From IMG/VR virus record IMGVR_UViG_3300037454_000507, positions 5,005 through 69,004 of that record: a stretch of 64,000 nucleotides of DNA; one strand, written 5' to 3'. Positions 39,854 through 49,565 of the stretch are shown one piece after another. The first letter of the stretch is position 1. Each line of letters begins with the position of its first letter. The DNA comes from a virus. Its lineage: Duplodnaviria > Caudoviricetes. Below the pieces are notes generated by a model. The model did no database searches. It was not told the DNA's origin and saw only the letters and a program-made list of their open reading frames with translations. A program made the translations under genes and the position numbers.

Positions 39854-40234
39854 TTAAGCGTTGACACCCGGAATCGGAGTCAGGTTATTGCAATCGCATC
39901 CGTTGCAGCTGAAAATTTTCGTATCTGCGTCAATCTTCTTCGGCGGAAGGAGCTTATGAGTATGTCCGTCACCTGCCGGCTGGACGACACCATTGTTGAT
40001 GAAATGGATATGTCCGCCAACTTGTGTTATAGGAGTAGGCTCATTAAGGTTAGACGGCTCGCAAATGGAATCACTTGTACGGCCGTAACCAGTTTCGTCA
40101 AAAATCCAGTATTCGTGATGGTGCGGGCCCATGACGTTGGAACCGCTAAATACGTCAGTTACACCGATTTGCGAGGTATTTTCGTTGAGCGCCATTTGCA
40201 TTTGTTCGCCAACATAATCTGTAAATTTCTTCAT
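39854..40234 (-). CDS. His-rich (HxH repeat) putative metal-binding protein
   Basis: PHHHEY...GGHIHF...GHTHKL and C-terminal CNGCDC; CTS-like N-terminus MKKFTDYVGE. Confidence 0.65.
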   Translation of the reverse strand: MKKFTDYVGEQMQMALNENTSQIGVTDVFSGSNVMGPHHHEYWIFDETGYGRTSDSICEPSNLNEPTPITQVGGHIHFINNGVVQPAGDGHTHKLLPPKKIDADTKIFSCNGCDCNNLTPIPGVNA

Positions 40235-40262
40235 TTTAATAATTCCTCAATATTTTACTTCT

Positions 40263-40276
40263 TTATTTATAAATAA
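40263..40276. promoter_or_regulatory. Palindromic bidirectional late promoter
   Basis: TTATTTATAAATAA between divergent genes. Confidence 0.75.
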
Positions 40277-40303
40277 TACAGATATAAAATTGGAGAAATT
40301 GTC

Positions 40304-40867
40304 ATGACACTTTATGAAGCAAAACAATTAGTCGAACGTGCGGGTTATACCGTCGTCAAGAAAAACCACGAAGTTACAAAGAAGGACTTCGTTACCAAGA
40401 AATATGATAAGGATTCTGTCGAAATCGATGATAATCACGGTATTGTTGTAAAGAAGAAGCAGCGTAAGCTTGCTCGCAAGTGCCCGTGCTGCGGCAGGTC
40501 ACATTGTATTTGTTCCGGCTCCGTTAAGGAAGCTCTTGCTGTTGCAGAACGTGCAGGTTTCCAGGTCATTTCGGAACGTATCGGTGCAAATGATGGTACG
40601 AAGCTTTCTGAAGTCTGCGAAAAGTGGCTTACTAACGCATATTTTGAAAGAGTTGCAAAGGCTGCGTCTCTTGATGTTGCCAAGGCTCAGTTCCTCGAAG
40701 ATGTTTCCAAGCTTGTCGACCACGGTGTTTCAGGTCCGAAATACAATGAAATCTGCTTGCACATAGACGAAGCACAGAATCTCGGAAGGACTTTGCTTTA
40801 CATCGCAGGCCTTATGCAGACTGCTCAGGGACGTGGCTTGCGCCGTGACCCGCGTCGTGGCTGGTAA
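40304..40867 (+). CDS. Putative internal head protein with two EA..L..AGY motifs and a CPCC/CIC cluster
   Basis: MTLYEAKQLVERAGY and KEALAVAERAGF; lies immediately upstream of gp22. Confidence 0.6.
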   Translation: MTLYEAKQLVERAGYTVVKKNHEVTKKDFVTKKYDKDSVEIDDNHGIVVKKKQRKLARKCPCCGRSHCICSGSVKEALAVAERAGFQVISERIGANDGTKLSEVCEKWLTNAYFERVAKAASLDVAKAQFLEDVSKLVDHGVSGPKYNEICLHIDEAQNLGRTLLYIAGLMQTAQGRGLRRDPRRGW

Positions 40868-40884
40868 TAGCTGAAAACTTTAAT

Positions 40885-40913
40885 AAAACCGACCGTAATA
40901 GGCCGGTTTTTTT
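40885..40913 (+). terminator. Rho-independent terminator
   Basis: AAAACCGACC...GGCCGGTTTTTTT. Confidence 0.6.
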
Positions 40914-40985
40914 ATCGAATGACAGAAAAAACCCAAACGATCTTATAAATAAAATATAGAAAAAATAATAATTTGGAGGAATCAA

Positions 40986-41960
40986 ATGGATAAAATCCTT
41001 GAAACACTCGCTCAGAAATTTACGGCCGAAGAGCTCAATGATGTTAAGAAAATCGTTGAGTCAACTGTCGACGAAAAAGTACAGGCGAAGTTAGATGCAG
41101 AAACAAAAATCGTTGCTAAGAAGGCAGAAGAATTCTGTCAGAAGAAGATTAAAGAAGCTGTAGAAAAGAAGACCGCTGAAATTGAAGAAATTGCCAATAA
41201 GTTCTGCGCAGAACGTTGCGAAGCTTTGAGCAAGGAAGCAAATGAAAAGGTCGAATCTTACAAGAAAAAGCTTGAAGAAACTTCTGAACAGTATATCTTC
41301 GAATACTTCGATCAGAAATTCCAGGAAAAGTATGGTAAGGAACTTGAAGCTATTGAAGAAAAGGTCATTACCGGTCTTGATAAGTATTTGGAATTCAACA
41401 TCAACGAAAAGATTAGCCCGGCTCTTATCCAGAAGACTGCCCTTTCTGAAACCTATGCTCCGATTATCGAAGGCATCAAGCGTCTCTTCGAAGACGAATA
41501 TGTCCCGATGGACCAGAGCGGTTCCAAGAAGATTCGCGAACTCAAGGCTGAAAATACTCACCTTGAAGAATCTCTCAAGAAGCAGCTTGATGAAAACATG
41601 CGTCTCGCTGAACTTGTCGAAAGCACAGGCAAGCGTTCTTTGATTTCCGAAAAGACTTCCGACCTCACTGCCGCTCAGCGTGTCAAGGTTAAGAAGTTCT
41701 TCAAGGAAAAGAGCCTTAACGAAACCAAGAAAGATATTGATGCGTACATCGAGATGATTCAGGAACAGACCGATTCTGTCGCCGCAATGCGTTACGAAAA
41801 GGACCGTCTCTTCGAACATCGCGAACGTCCTGTTCGCAAGACAAGCTATGTCGAAGATCGTACGAACGACCCGCTTAACGAAAAACGTGTCTCCAAGAAG
41901 CCTGAAATGAGCGCTCGCGAACGCATGTTGCTCGGTTCTGCAAACCTTTTGGACGACTAA
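40986..41960 (+). CDS. gp22: Prohead core scaffold protein
   Basis: Glu/Lys-rich coiled coil directly before gp23; LDKYLE...IIEGIKRLFEDEYV. Confidence 0.8.
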   Translation: MDKILETLAQKFTAEELNDVKKIVESTVDEKVQAKLDAETKIVAKKAEEFCQKKIKEAVEKKTAEIEEIANKFCAERCEALSKEANEKVESYKKKLEETSEQYIFEYFDQKFQEKYGKELEAIEEKVITGLDKYLEFNINEKISPALIQKTALSETYAPIIEGIKRLFEDEYVPMDQSGSKKIRELKAENTHLEESLKKQLDENMRLAELVESTGKRSLISEKTSDLTAAQRVKVKKFFKEKSLNETKKDIDAYIEMIQEQTDSVAAMRYEKDRLFEHRERPVRKTSYVEDRTNDPLNEKRVSKKPEMSARERMLLGSANLLDD

Positions 41961-42054
41961 TTACAAAAAAACGAAAAATTCAAAAAGTCGTTTATAAATA
42001 AAATATAGAATTTGAATGAAAGTTCGAAAAAATTAATTATAGGAGAATTAATAA

Positions 42055-43374
42055 ATGAAAATTACGAAATCTCAGGCCGGTATGATGGACCGTTGGAGCC
42101 AGGCTCCGAAGGGCCTCTCAGTCGCTGGCATCAAGGACAACCTTGTCCGTTATAATACTGCACGTCTTCTTGAAAACCAGCAGACCAAGAACCTCGGTAC
42201 TGAACTGTTGACCGAAGACTTCACTCAGGGTGTCGGTGCTCCGCTCGGTCTCGACCAGGGTATTCCTCATGGTGGTGACGCTAAGGGTGTTTTCGCTCCG
42301 ATTTCTCTTGCTCTCGTCCGCCGTGTGTTCCCGCAGCTTTTCGCTAACGTCCTCGTCGGTGTTCAGCCGTTGACTGGTCCGGTTGGCTTGGCATTCGCCC
42401 TCCGTTACATTTACAAGACCAATAACCCGAACGAACTCGTTGAAGCTGCATGGAAGGCTGTTCCGCGCTTCTCTGGCTTTACCGGTTCTACCGCCAACAC
42501 TGACGGTGAATGGGATGCAGGTACTGGTGTTGATACTCAGTCTGCAGAAGGTTGGAAGATCACTGGCCCGACGTTTGGTTCTGAAGACCCGTCTGTAAGC
42601 CGTAAGATGCCGGAAATCGGCCTTATGCTCAGCCGTCAGTCTATCGTTGCTAAGACTCGTAAGCTCGCTGCTTCCTTCTCTCTCGAATCTGCTGCTGATA
42701 TTAAGGCTATGCAGGGTATCGAAATGATGACGGAAATGATTAACGTGCTTCAGGCAGAAATGACCGCTGAAATGGACCGTGAAACTATCGGTCGTTGTAA
42801 GTCTCTCTGCACTCCGCGTGTCTTCAACAAGTCTACCAAGACTCTCGCTGAAAACGACGGTTTCGTTGGTACAAACTCTCAGGAACGTTTCGGCATGATT
42901 ATCACGCATATCATGAAGGGTGTTAATGACGTTCGTACTGCTACTCGTCGTGGTGCTGCTAACCTTGCAGTCGTCTCTCCGGACGTTGCTACGGTTCTCC
43001 AGTGCGCTAACCCGTGGTTCACCAAGGTTGCTCACGAAGTTAACGGCTCTGCTGTTACTCCGGAAATGGGTACTTTGAATGGTGTTGTTAAGGTCTTCTG
43101 TGACCAGTACGCTGTTGACGAATTCGGTGCAAACGACAACGGTGAAGTTCTTCTTGCATTCAAGGGCTCTAGCCTCTATGATGCAGGTGTTATCTTCTGC
43201 CCGTACGTTACTGGTGTTGTCAACCAGGCTATCGACCCGAATGACTTCAGTCCTCGCGTCGGTATCATGACCCGTTATGGCTTCGCTCATAACATGCTTG
43301 GTGCTGAAAACTACTACCGTCTCCTCAAGTTCAACGGTCTGTTCGCTCAGGCTCCGGAAGAACTCGTTTGGTAA
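42055..43374 (+). CDS. gp23: Major capsid protein
   Basis: LLENQ, LVRRVFPQL...VGVQPLTGPVGLAFALR, AKTRKLAA, E+TAEMDRE, FCPYV, PRVGIMTRYG. Confidence 0.97.
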   Translation: MKITKSQAGMMDRWSQAPKGLSVAGIKDNLVRYNTARLLENQQTKNLGTELLTEDFTQGVGAPLGLDQGIPHGGDAKGVFAPISLALVRRVFPQLFANVLVGVQPLTGPVGLAFALRYIYKTNNPNELVEAAWKAVPRFSGFTGSTANTDGEWDAGTGVDTQSAEGWKITGPTFGSEDPSVSRKMPEIGLMLSRQSIVAKTRKLAASFSLESAADIKAMQGIEMMTEMINVLQAEMTAEMDRETIGRCKSLCTPRVFNKSTKTLAENDGFVGTNSQERFGMIITHIMKGVNDVRTATRRGAANLAVVSPDVATVLQCANPWFTKVAHEVNGSAVTPEMGTLNGVVKVFCDQYAVDEFGANDNGEVLLAFKGSSLYDAGVIFCPYVTGVVNQAIDPNDFSPRVGIMTRYGFAHNMLGAENYYRLLKFNGLFAQAPEELVW

Positions 43375-43397
43375 TCTGGTAATTGAAGTAACATTTT

Positions 43398-43429
43398 AAA
43401 AATGCAGGTTGACGAAACCTGCATTTTTT
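43398..43429 (+). terminator. Terminator after the capsid gene
   Basis: AAAATGCAGGTT-gacga-AACCTGCATTTT. Confidence 0.8.
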
Positions 43430-43460
43430 ATTATATTTTATTTTATAAATAACGTGCTAG

Positions 43461-45191
43461 GTGCTGAGTATGGAAGATAAACTTAAATGTAAAGAATGCG
43501 GTCAGGAATTCAGTAAAATCGATTGCGTGACACGTCATGCTAAAATGGTTCATAAGATGGAACCTAAGACTTATTATGATAAGTGGTTTAAAACTGCAGA
43601 CGAAGGCAAATGTAAATGTTGCGGTACAGAAACCAAGTATTGGAATCTTGAACATGGTTATCGTGAGTTTTGTTCTCGTAGATGTTTTTGGAAAGTAACG
43701 ACGCAATTGGATTCGGTTAAGGAAAAACGTGAACAGACTTGTAATAAAAAATATGGTTCTAAAAACTATATGCAGAGTCAGGATTTTAAAGAAAAATCAG
43801 AACAGACAAACTTTAAAGAATATGGTGTAAAGAATGCAGGTGGTTCTGTAGAATCCATAAAGAAGATTAAAGCAACGAAGCTTGCAAATCATGGTTCTGA
43901 AACGTACAATAATATGGAACAGACTTATGCGACAAAAGAATTAAAATACGGCGATAAGTATTATAATAACAAAATGCAGTCTCGTAAAACATGGAATGCG
44001 AAGTATAATATTGATATTACGTCACCGATGCAAATTCCAGGAGTTAAGCAGAAAGCTTTATCTTATAGGTCAAAAATGACAACGCCGGAAAAGAAAGTTT
44101 ATGAATTTCTTAAAAATCGTAAATTCGTGTTCGAATACGGATATGAACTTAACGGTAAGTCTTTTGATTTTGCTGTTTTTAATGATAACGAATTGAAGTT
44201 ATTAATTGAAATTGATGGAATCTATTATCATGGTTTATCAGAAGACAGTAACGGTAAACATGTTCGTGGAGAAAATGATTGTGAACGATTTAGTAAAGTT
44301 CCGGAAAACGTGAAATATATCGTATGTGACGATACTAATATTGAAAAATGTTTTGATGAAATTACTAAAGTATATGATATGGACTATGAGGAATGGGTTA
44401 AATCGATTATTAGCGACTTGCCTAAAGAATTTCCATATCCGAAATATTCGATTGAACGTATTGAAAAAGACTGGAAACATTTACAGGAATGGAAATGGAA
44501 CAAGAATTCATATGTAGGTTCTAGTATTATCCGTAATTTTCATGAAAGTATCTGGGAGGCACGGGTTGGCAATAATATCAGTCCTGTAGAATGTTGGAGT
44601 AATAAAGAATTATTAGAAAAGACAGTCCGTAACAGGATGATCTACAGTTCTCGACTTAGTTCTCAATGTATTGTAGATGGTTTCAATGTTTCGAAAATTG
44701 CACCCAAGGTTTCAGTATTTAATCCTATGCTGGCCAAGCATTTGATTGAAACATATATGAAATTTGATTCTGATAAACAGGTATTTGATCCGTTTAGCGG
44801 TTTTAGCGGCAGAATGCTTGGTACATGTTCGTTAGGAATAAAATATATAGGTCAGGATATTAACCAGAAACATGTAGACGAAAGTAATAAGATTATTAAA
44901 GCATTAAATTTGGATGCTACGGTAACATGTAAGAATATATTTGATTCACATGGAGTATATTATTCATTATTTACATGCCCGCCATACAATTTAAAAGAAA
45001 TATGGAATGATAAAGAAATTAATATGTCATGTGACGATTGGATTGATTTATGTATGAAAAATTTTGATTGTCATGAATATTTATTTATAGCTGATAAGAC
45101 TGAAAAATATAAAGATTTTATTGTTGAAACCGTCGATAATAAGTCACATTTCAGTAATAATAAAGAATATGTTTTATATATCAGCAAATAA
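43461..45191 (+). CDS. Zn-finger / Vsr(DUF559)-like endonuclease / DNA methyltransferase fusion
   Basis: C2H2 + DEGKCxxCG module; KYG/EYGV repeats; PEKKVYEFL...FDF...IEIDGIYYHG; MTase motif I DPFSGFSG and motif IV TCPPY. Confidence 0.75.
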   Translation: MLSMEDKLKCKECGQEFSKIDCVTRHAKMVHKMEPKTYYDKWFKTADEGKCKCCGTETKYWNLEHGYREFCSRRCFWKVTTQLDSVKEKREQTCNKKYGSKNYMQSQDFKEKSEQTNFKEYGVKNAGGSVESIKKIKATKLANHGSETYNNMEQTYATKELKYGDKYYNNKMQSRKTWNAKYNIDITSPMQIPGVKQKALSYRSKMTTPEKKVYEFLKNRKFVFEYGYELNGKSFDFAVFNDNELKLLIEIDGIYYHGLSEDSNGKHVRGENDCERFSKVPENVKYIVCDDTNIEKCFDEITKVYDMDYEEWVKSIISDLPKEFPYPKYSIERIEKDWKHLQEWKWNKNSYVGSSIIRNFHESIWEARVGNNISPVECWSNKELLEKTVRNRMIYSSRLSSQCIVDGFNVSKIAPKVSVFNPMLAKHLIETYMKFDSDKQVFDPFSGFSGRMLGTCSLGIKYIGQDINQKHVDESNKIIKALNLDATVTCKNIFDSHGVYYSLFTCPPYNLKEIWNDKEINMSCDDWIDLCMKNFDCHEYLFIADKTEKYKDFIVETVDNKSHFSNNKEYVLYISK

Positions 45192-45223
45192 AAATAAGCC
45201 GGAATTAAGTTCCGGTTTATTTT
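45192..45223. terminator. Bidirectional terminator
   Basis: AAGCCGGAA-ttaag-TTCCGGTTT. Confidence 0.65.
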
Positions 45224-45698
45224 AGTTGTTCTTGATTAATCCTTTGTTATATAAGAAGATAAGAAACGAATACAGGTGTTTACAAACCGTACTTTCTTTC
45301 TTAGGGTTACGAACCTTATTTGGAATATGGCTAAAGCCTTGAATAGGTTCTGCCTGAGTAGTATTTTTAAAATTTGGGTGGCTGACATTGTATCTGTAAG
45401 CATTGCATGTACAGTTTACTTTACCGATATTCATAATCGAGAACGGTTGTTCAATATCGTCACGGTGAAACATAGCAGTCACTTGGTATCTTTTACTCGG
45501 ATCGCTTTCAGAAACGACGATGCCTGTACATTTCATAGTATCTTTATCTTTTCCTTCGACGTGGAAATTTGCGACATGTGCTTCTTTGCCGGAATAAGGA
45601 AAAACCTTTCTAAAATTATCTAGCATATCTTGAAGTGACATAGTAGCTTCATCAACCCTACGGCCTTCAATCATATTCATATATTCTTTAAAATTCAT
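45222..45698 (-). CDS. SWIM-type Zn-finger protein
   Basis: VNCTCNAY...VCKHL gives CxC-xn-CxH; CTS-like N-terminus MNFKEYMNMIE. Confidence 0.7.
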   Translation of the reverse strand: MNFKEYMNMIEGRRVDEATMSLQDMLDNFRKVFPYSGKEAHVANFHVEGKDKDTMKCTGIVVSESDPSKRYQVTAMFHRDDIEQPFSIMNIGKVNCTCNAYRYNVSHPNFKNTTQAEPIQGFSHIPNKVRNPKKESTVCKHLYSFLIFLYNKGLIKNN

Positions 45699-45749
45699 AT
45701 AATATTTATAGATAATTATAAATAATATAAAGTATTAAGGAGTTTTATT

Positions 45750-46565
45750 ATGGACATTAAAAAGTCATTTAAACGTTTTAAAAAGAATTATATTCGTGAA
45801 TCTGAAGCGCTCGATGCAGAAGATTTATTTGTTGATGTCGACCTTGAAGGAACAAACGAAGAAAGATATCAAATTGACGTATATTATAATGAAGATGGTG
45901 GTTTCCCGGATTTCGATACTGAGTTACCGTCTGAAACATTGACATATACTTATGATGAACTGGTTGCCGAACTCGGACAGGAAGCTGCTGATGAATTGAT
46001 TAATAACGGCTCTTATGATTCGGGTAACAATACTTATTATAAACTTGTTGAAGGTTCATCCAGTGAAGAAACTGATATAGAATTCACAGATCCTGAAGAA
46101 AATATTGATGCCGGTTACGATACAGATTTCAATGAATCTTGTTGTGGTGGCGGTAAGAAGAAGTCTAAGAAGGGCAAGAAGGGCAAGAAGGATAAGAAGT
46201 CTAAGTTTGTTCCGTTCTGGGCAAAGAAGAAAGACAAGGAACTTAAGGAAGCATTGAAGACACTTAAGTCAGCCGGTTATTCTATCATTAACGAAAGCGG
46301 AATGGAATATGAAGATGACGCAACTGGTTTCGGTATTGCTTTCGATGATTCTGATTACTACACAGAAGAAGGCGAATGTGAAGTTTGCGCAATCTGCGGA
46401 AGAGAATCTTGCGACGGTGAATATGACGAAGATGGAAACTTTGTTTGCAGTGACTGTGCCGAAAATTCTCTCGAACAGCCTATGGAAGAAATTGACCCGA
46501 TGGATATTTACTTCCGTGCAGCAAAGGCAGACAATATTCGCGACATGAATCGTTTTGTTCGCTAA
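45750..46565 (+). CDS. Acidic hypothetical protein with basic patch and Zn ribbon
   Basis: CCGGGKKKSKKGKKGKK, KEALKTLKSAGY, CAIC...CSDC. Confidence 0.65.
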   Translation: MDIKKSFKRFKKNYIRESEALDAEDLFVDVDLEGTNEERYQIDVYYNEDGGFPDFDTELPSETLTYTYDELVAELGQEAADELINNGSYDSGNNTYYKLVEGSSSEETDIEFTDPEENIDAGYDTDFNESCCGGGKKKSKKGKKGKKDKKSKFVPFWAKKKDKELKEALKTLKSAGYSIINESGMEYEDDATGFGIAFDDSDYYTEEGECEVCAICGRESCDGEYDEDGNFVCSDCAENSLEQPMEEIDPMDIYFRAAKADNIRDMNRFVR

Positions 46566-46580
46566 GCTTAAAATGAATTA

Positions 46581-46615
46581 AAAATAAGCCCGGATTAACT
46601 TCCGGGTTTTATTTT
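46581..46615 (+). terminator. Rho-independent terminator
   Basis: AAGCCCGGA-ttaact-TCCGGGTTTT. Confidence 0.65.
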
Positions 46616-46671
46616 TTCTAAAAATCTGGATAAATGTTATAAATATATAAAACATTAAAAGGATTTTTACA

Positions 46672-47340
46672 ATGGAAGCAAAGAAATTATTGTGCGAAGA
46701 AGCCTGCGCCGAAGCTAAAATGCTTATGGAAGATGCAGGAAATAATACAAAGACAATGTATATTTCAGGTCCGTTCATGATGGCAGAAGAAGTAAACCGT
46801 AACGGTCGTACTTATTCCCGTTCTATCATCGAACGCGAAGTTAACAAGTTCCAGAAGCTTATCGAATCTCGCGAAGCTCTTGGTGAACTTAACCACCCAG
46901 ATACTATCGAAATTAACCCGAAGGAATCTGCTATCATGATTACCGAACTTAAGATGGACGGTAATCTCGCTATGGGTAAGGCAAAGGTTTTGCATACTCC
47001 TAACGGTAAGATTCTTGAATCCCTTTTGAACGACGGTGTTCGTATGGGTGTTTCGTCTCGCGGTACTGGAAACCTTACTGAAGGAAATATGGTCGCTGAA
47101 GACTATTCACTCGTAACCATCGATTCTGTGTACATGCCGTCTGCCCAGGTCGCTTATACTGACCCGATGTATGAATCTGTACAGTATGTTTCTAAGTGGG
47201 TTCTGAATGAGGCTACGGGCCTTTATATTGAACAGCGTGAAAAGGTATTCGAAGCACAGAAGAAGTTCAATAAGGCTGTCGATAACGGTGGTTCTAAGGA
47301 AATTATTAAGGCTTTCAAGGAATTCTTGGCAAGCATCTAA
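46672..47340 (+). CDS. gp21: Prohead protease
   Basis: GPFMMAEEVNRNGRTY, ALGELNHP, GVSSRGTG. Confidence 0.95.
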   Translation: MEAKKLLCEEACAEAKMLMEDAGNNTKTMYISGPFMMAEEVNRNGRTYSRSIIEREVNKFQKLIESREALGELNHPDTIEINPKESAIMITELKMDGNLAMGKAKVLHTPNGKILESLLNDGVRMGVSSRGTGNLTEGNMVAEDYSLVTIDSVYMPSAQVAYTDPMYESVQYVSKWVLNEATGLYIEQREKVFEAQKKFNKAVDNGGSKEIIKAFKEFLASI

Positions 47341-47356
47341 TAATAAAAATATTTTG

Positions 47357-47388
47357 AAACCGGAGTTAATTCTCCGGTTTTTCTTTTT
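47357..47388 (+). terminator. Rho-independent terminator
   Basis: AAACCGGAG-ttaatt-CTCCGGTTT. Confidence 0.75.
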
Positions 47389-47474
47389 ATACAAGAAACT
47401 CCGGAAAACTGTTATAAATAAATATAGGTGCAAGGGAATAAGCCTTTGCATAGGATATTTTAGGAGAAATAAAA

Positions 47475-47840
47475 ATGAAACGTAGAGAAGATCAATACAA
47501 TGCTGGTAACGATTACCTTCAGGTCACTTCCGCTTACTTCGTAACTGCTGATGATGCTGCTGAAAAGGCATCTAAGGTCCCGGGTTACAAGGCATATTCT
47601 GACGGTCTGTACCATTACACGACTGTTCCGGTTTATGAACTTTCTGGTGGTGTTTCTGCACTCAACAAGCGTGTCTTCACGAAGCTTCCGCAAGACAAGT
47701 GGGCACCGGCAACTTTCGATGGTATTTCTGCATTCTCTGCTATTAATGCTGCTAGCGCAGTGTTTAGCCCGGATTACTCTAAGGCAGAATATGACTTCGA
47801 AACTGACAACACTTGGAGTGGCACACCTGCTGCTAAGTAA
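47475..47840 (+). CDS. Hypothetical protein, codon usage like the highly expressed structural genes
   Basis: Late promoter and AGGAG upstream; aag/ggt/gct-rich codons. Confidence 0.65.
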   Translation: MKRREDQYNAGNDYLQVTSAYFVTADDAAEKASKVPGYKAYSDGLYHYTTVPVYELSGGVSALNKRVFTKLPQDKWAPATFDGISAFSAINAASAVFSPDYSKAEYDFETDNTWSGTPAAK

Positions 47841-47865
47841 TCTTACTGCATAAGTAAATGAACTT

Positions 47866-47899
47866 AAAAGACCTCAGAGTAAAATCTGAGGTTCTTTTT
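47866..47899. terminator. Bidirectional terminator
   Basis: AAAAGACCTCAGA-gtaaaa-TCTGAGGTTCTTTT. Confidence 0.7.
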
Positions 47900-48203
47900 A
47901 TAATATATCGAGAATTTTTTCAATATCTTTATTGCATTTTCGTTGCCAGGCTCTTTGTGCATTTTGAAGTTCTTTTGTAAATTCTTCTTTATTATAGTTA
48001 AATGCGTTGGCGTATATTCTGGAACCGTCAGTATAATGGAATCTGCATCGTATTTCGTTGAGCGATATGGCAATACTTCCTATCTGGTATTTATCAGACA
48101 GGCCGATCCAATACATCTCGTCAGAAAGCTGTTTATAGACGATACAATACTGGTTTAGTATTTCTTTGATGTCGTCTATCGTGTTGATATACGGAATGCT
48201 CAT
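47898..48203 (-). CDS. Hypothetical protein
   Basis: 101-aa ORF with an upstream TGCTAATAT motif. Confidence 0.55.
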   Translation of the reverse strand: MSIPYINTIDDIKEILNQYCIVYKQLSDEMYWIGLSDKYQIGSIAISLNEIRCRFHYTDGSRIYANAFNYNKEEFTKELQNAQRAWQRKCNKDIEKILDIL

Positions 48204-48278
48204 ATTTTATATATTAGCATGGGGCGATAACCGAATAGTTACCGCCCCAAGGAACTCCTTGTACACTAGTACATGAGA

Positions 48279-49565
48279 TTACATTTTAGAATACTTCATT
48301 CCGCGTTTATTTAGAATTTCAGTAAACTGTTCAAGAGCCTTTGCGCTCATACCAGTAATCGTAACGCTTTCGTCACTGTTATCAACATCGACACTAGCAG
48401 TAGCCTTGTGTTCGCTGTTATATGCTGCGACCATTCGGTTAGCCATTTGCGTGATACGTGCGAACGAAGAGCTATCGCATGCGAATGTTGCAGGACCGCT
48501 TGCACGAGGTGCAGCTTCACCAGACTTCTTGGTAATCTTTTTACCTTCAGAATCTGATTTACCAAAAACAATATCTCTAATGGCTTCTTTAAGCGCAGAC
48601 GTACCGAGACCGACCTTTCTGACATTCTTACCGGAGCTGCTCAAAAGGCTAATTTCTTTCCAACTATCGAAATCTTTAAAACCTTCTTGCGCCATCTTAT
48701 AACGAACAGCGTCGCCATAGTCGTCCGGAGAAACGCCGATATATAGCAAATTATTATTAGGATCATCAACAGTAGTCAAGTCCGAATAATTATTCATTGC
48801 AGCATGGAATACACGAGTTTTATCTTCTTTTCCATCGACTGGAAGTTTGATTTCAATATATGGCTGGTTAACGCAAGTACCGTAAATTTTACGCATGAAA
48901 TCTGCTCTACGGTCAAGTGAAATTGTCGTATAGAAGCCAGTATCATGACGGAAGTCATTCTTTTTACCGCGAGATTGACGGTCACGGAAAACTTCAACCT
49001 TACCAGTAGCGAATTCACTGTTCTTGATAATCGGACCAAGATTTGCAAGGCGTTCCGGGCCTACGACAAGAGCATCCTGTTCATCGTTTCTCCAGTAGAA
49101 CTTGGCATAGAAGACGTGTTCTTCAGCGATACGGTGTAATTCAGCAGGCAATTTATCATCGAATGTCGGTGCAGGTTCTGCGCCTCTGAAGCATTTTGCA
49201 ATCGTCTTGTTAGTTGCGATTTCTTCCTTAAGACCTTCAATGTCCTGGACAGCGTAAACAATAGTAAATTGACGGTTTTCCGCGACTTCTTGTTTACCGA
49301 CGAATGTCTTACAGTTACATTGGTAGAACATTGCGAGCGGAGCGAACTTACCGACATCAGGCTCATAGTTGGTTGCCCAGTTCTGAAAACGGATTGTACT
49401 GAAGTAGTAACCGATACGTGACGGCATCGGAGTCTGCTGGTCGCCGTCCATACTTGCGCCACTGTTGAAATGGACGGAAATCGCCCATTTCATGAGTTTC
49501 ACATAGTTAGGCTCATGTGAAACAGCTTCTTTGATATAATCATAAGCATTTTCGAATAGATTCAT
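48279..49565 (-). CDS. Hypothetical protein (428 aa)
   Basis: Long ORF divergent from terL-N, with a late promoter upstream. Confidence 0.65.
   Translation of the reverse strand: MNLFENAYDYIKEAVSHEPNYVKLMKWAISVHFNSGASMDGDQQTPMPSRIGYYFSTIRFQNWATNYEPDVGKFAPLAMFYQCNCKTFVGKQEVAENRQFTIVYAVQDIEGLKEEIATNKTIAKCFRGAEPAPTFDDKLPAELHRIAEEHVFYAKFYWRNDEQDALVVGPERLANLGPIIKNSEFATGKVEVFRDRQSRGKKNDFRHDTGFYTTISLDRRADFMRKIYGTCVNQPYIEIKLPVDGKEDKTRVFHAAMNNYSDLTTVDDPNNNLLYIGVSPDDYGDAVRYKMAQEGFKDFDSWKEISLLSSSGKNVRKVGLGTSALKEAIRDIVFGKSDSEGKKITKKSGEAAPRASGPATFACDSSSFARITQMANRMVAAYNSEHKATASVDVDNSDESVTITGMSAKALEQFTEILNKRGMKYSKM

Noticed and set aside
41091-43290. Long minus-strand ORFs (242 and 390 aa) opposite gp22 and gp23
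   Set aside because: Antisense shadows of clearly identified genes.
48221-48248. GC-rich hairpin GGGGCGATAAC...GTTACCGCCCC as a riboswitch or small RNA
   Set aside because: Short, and located just after a stop codon; most simply a terminator or processing stem.
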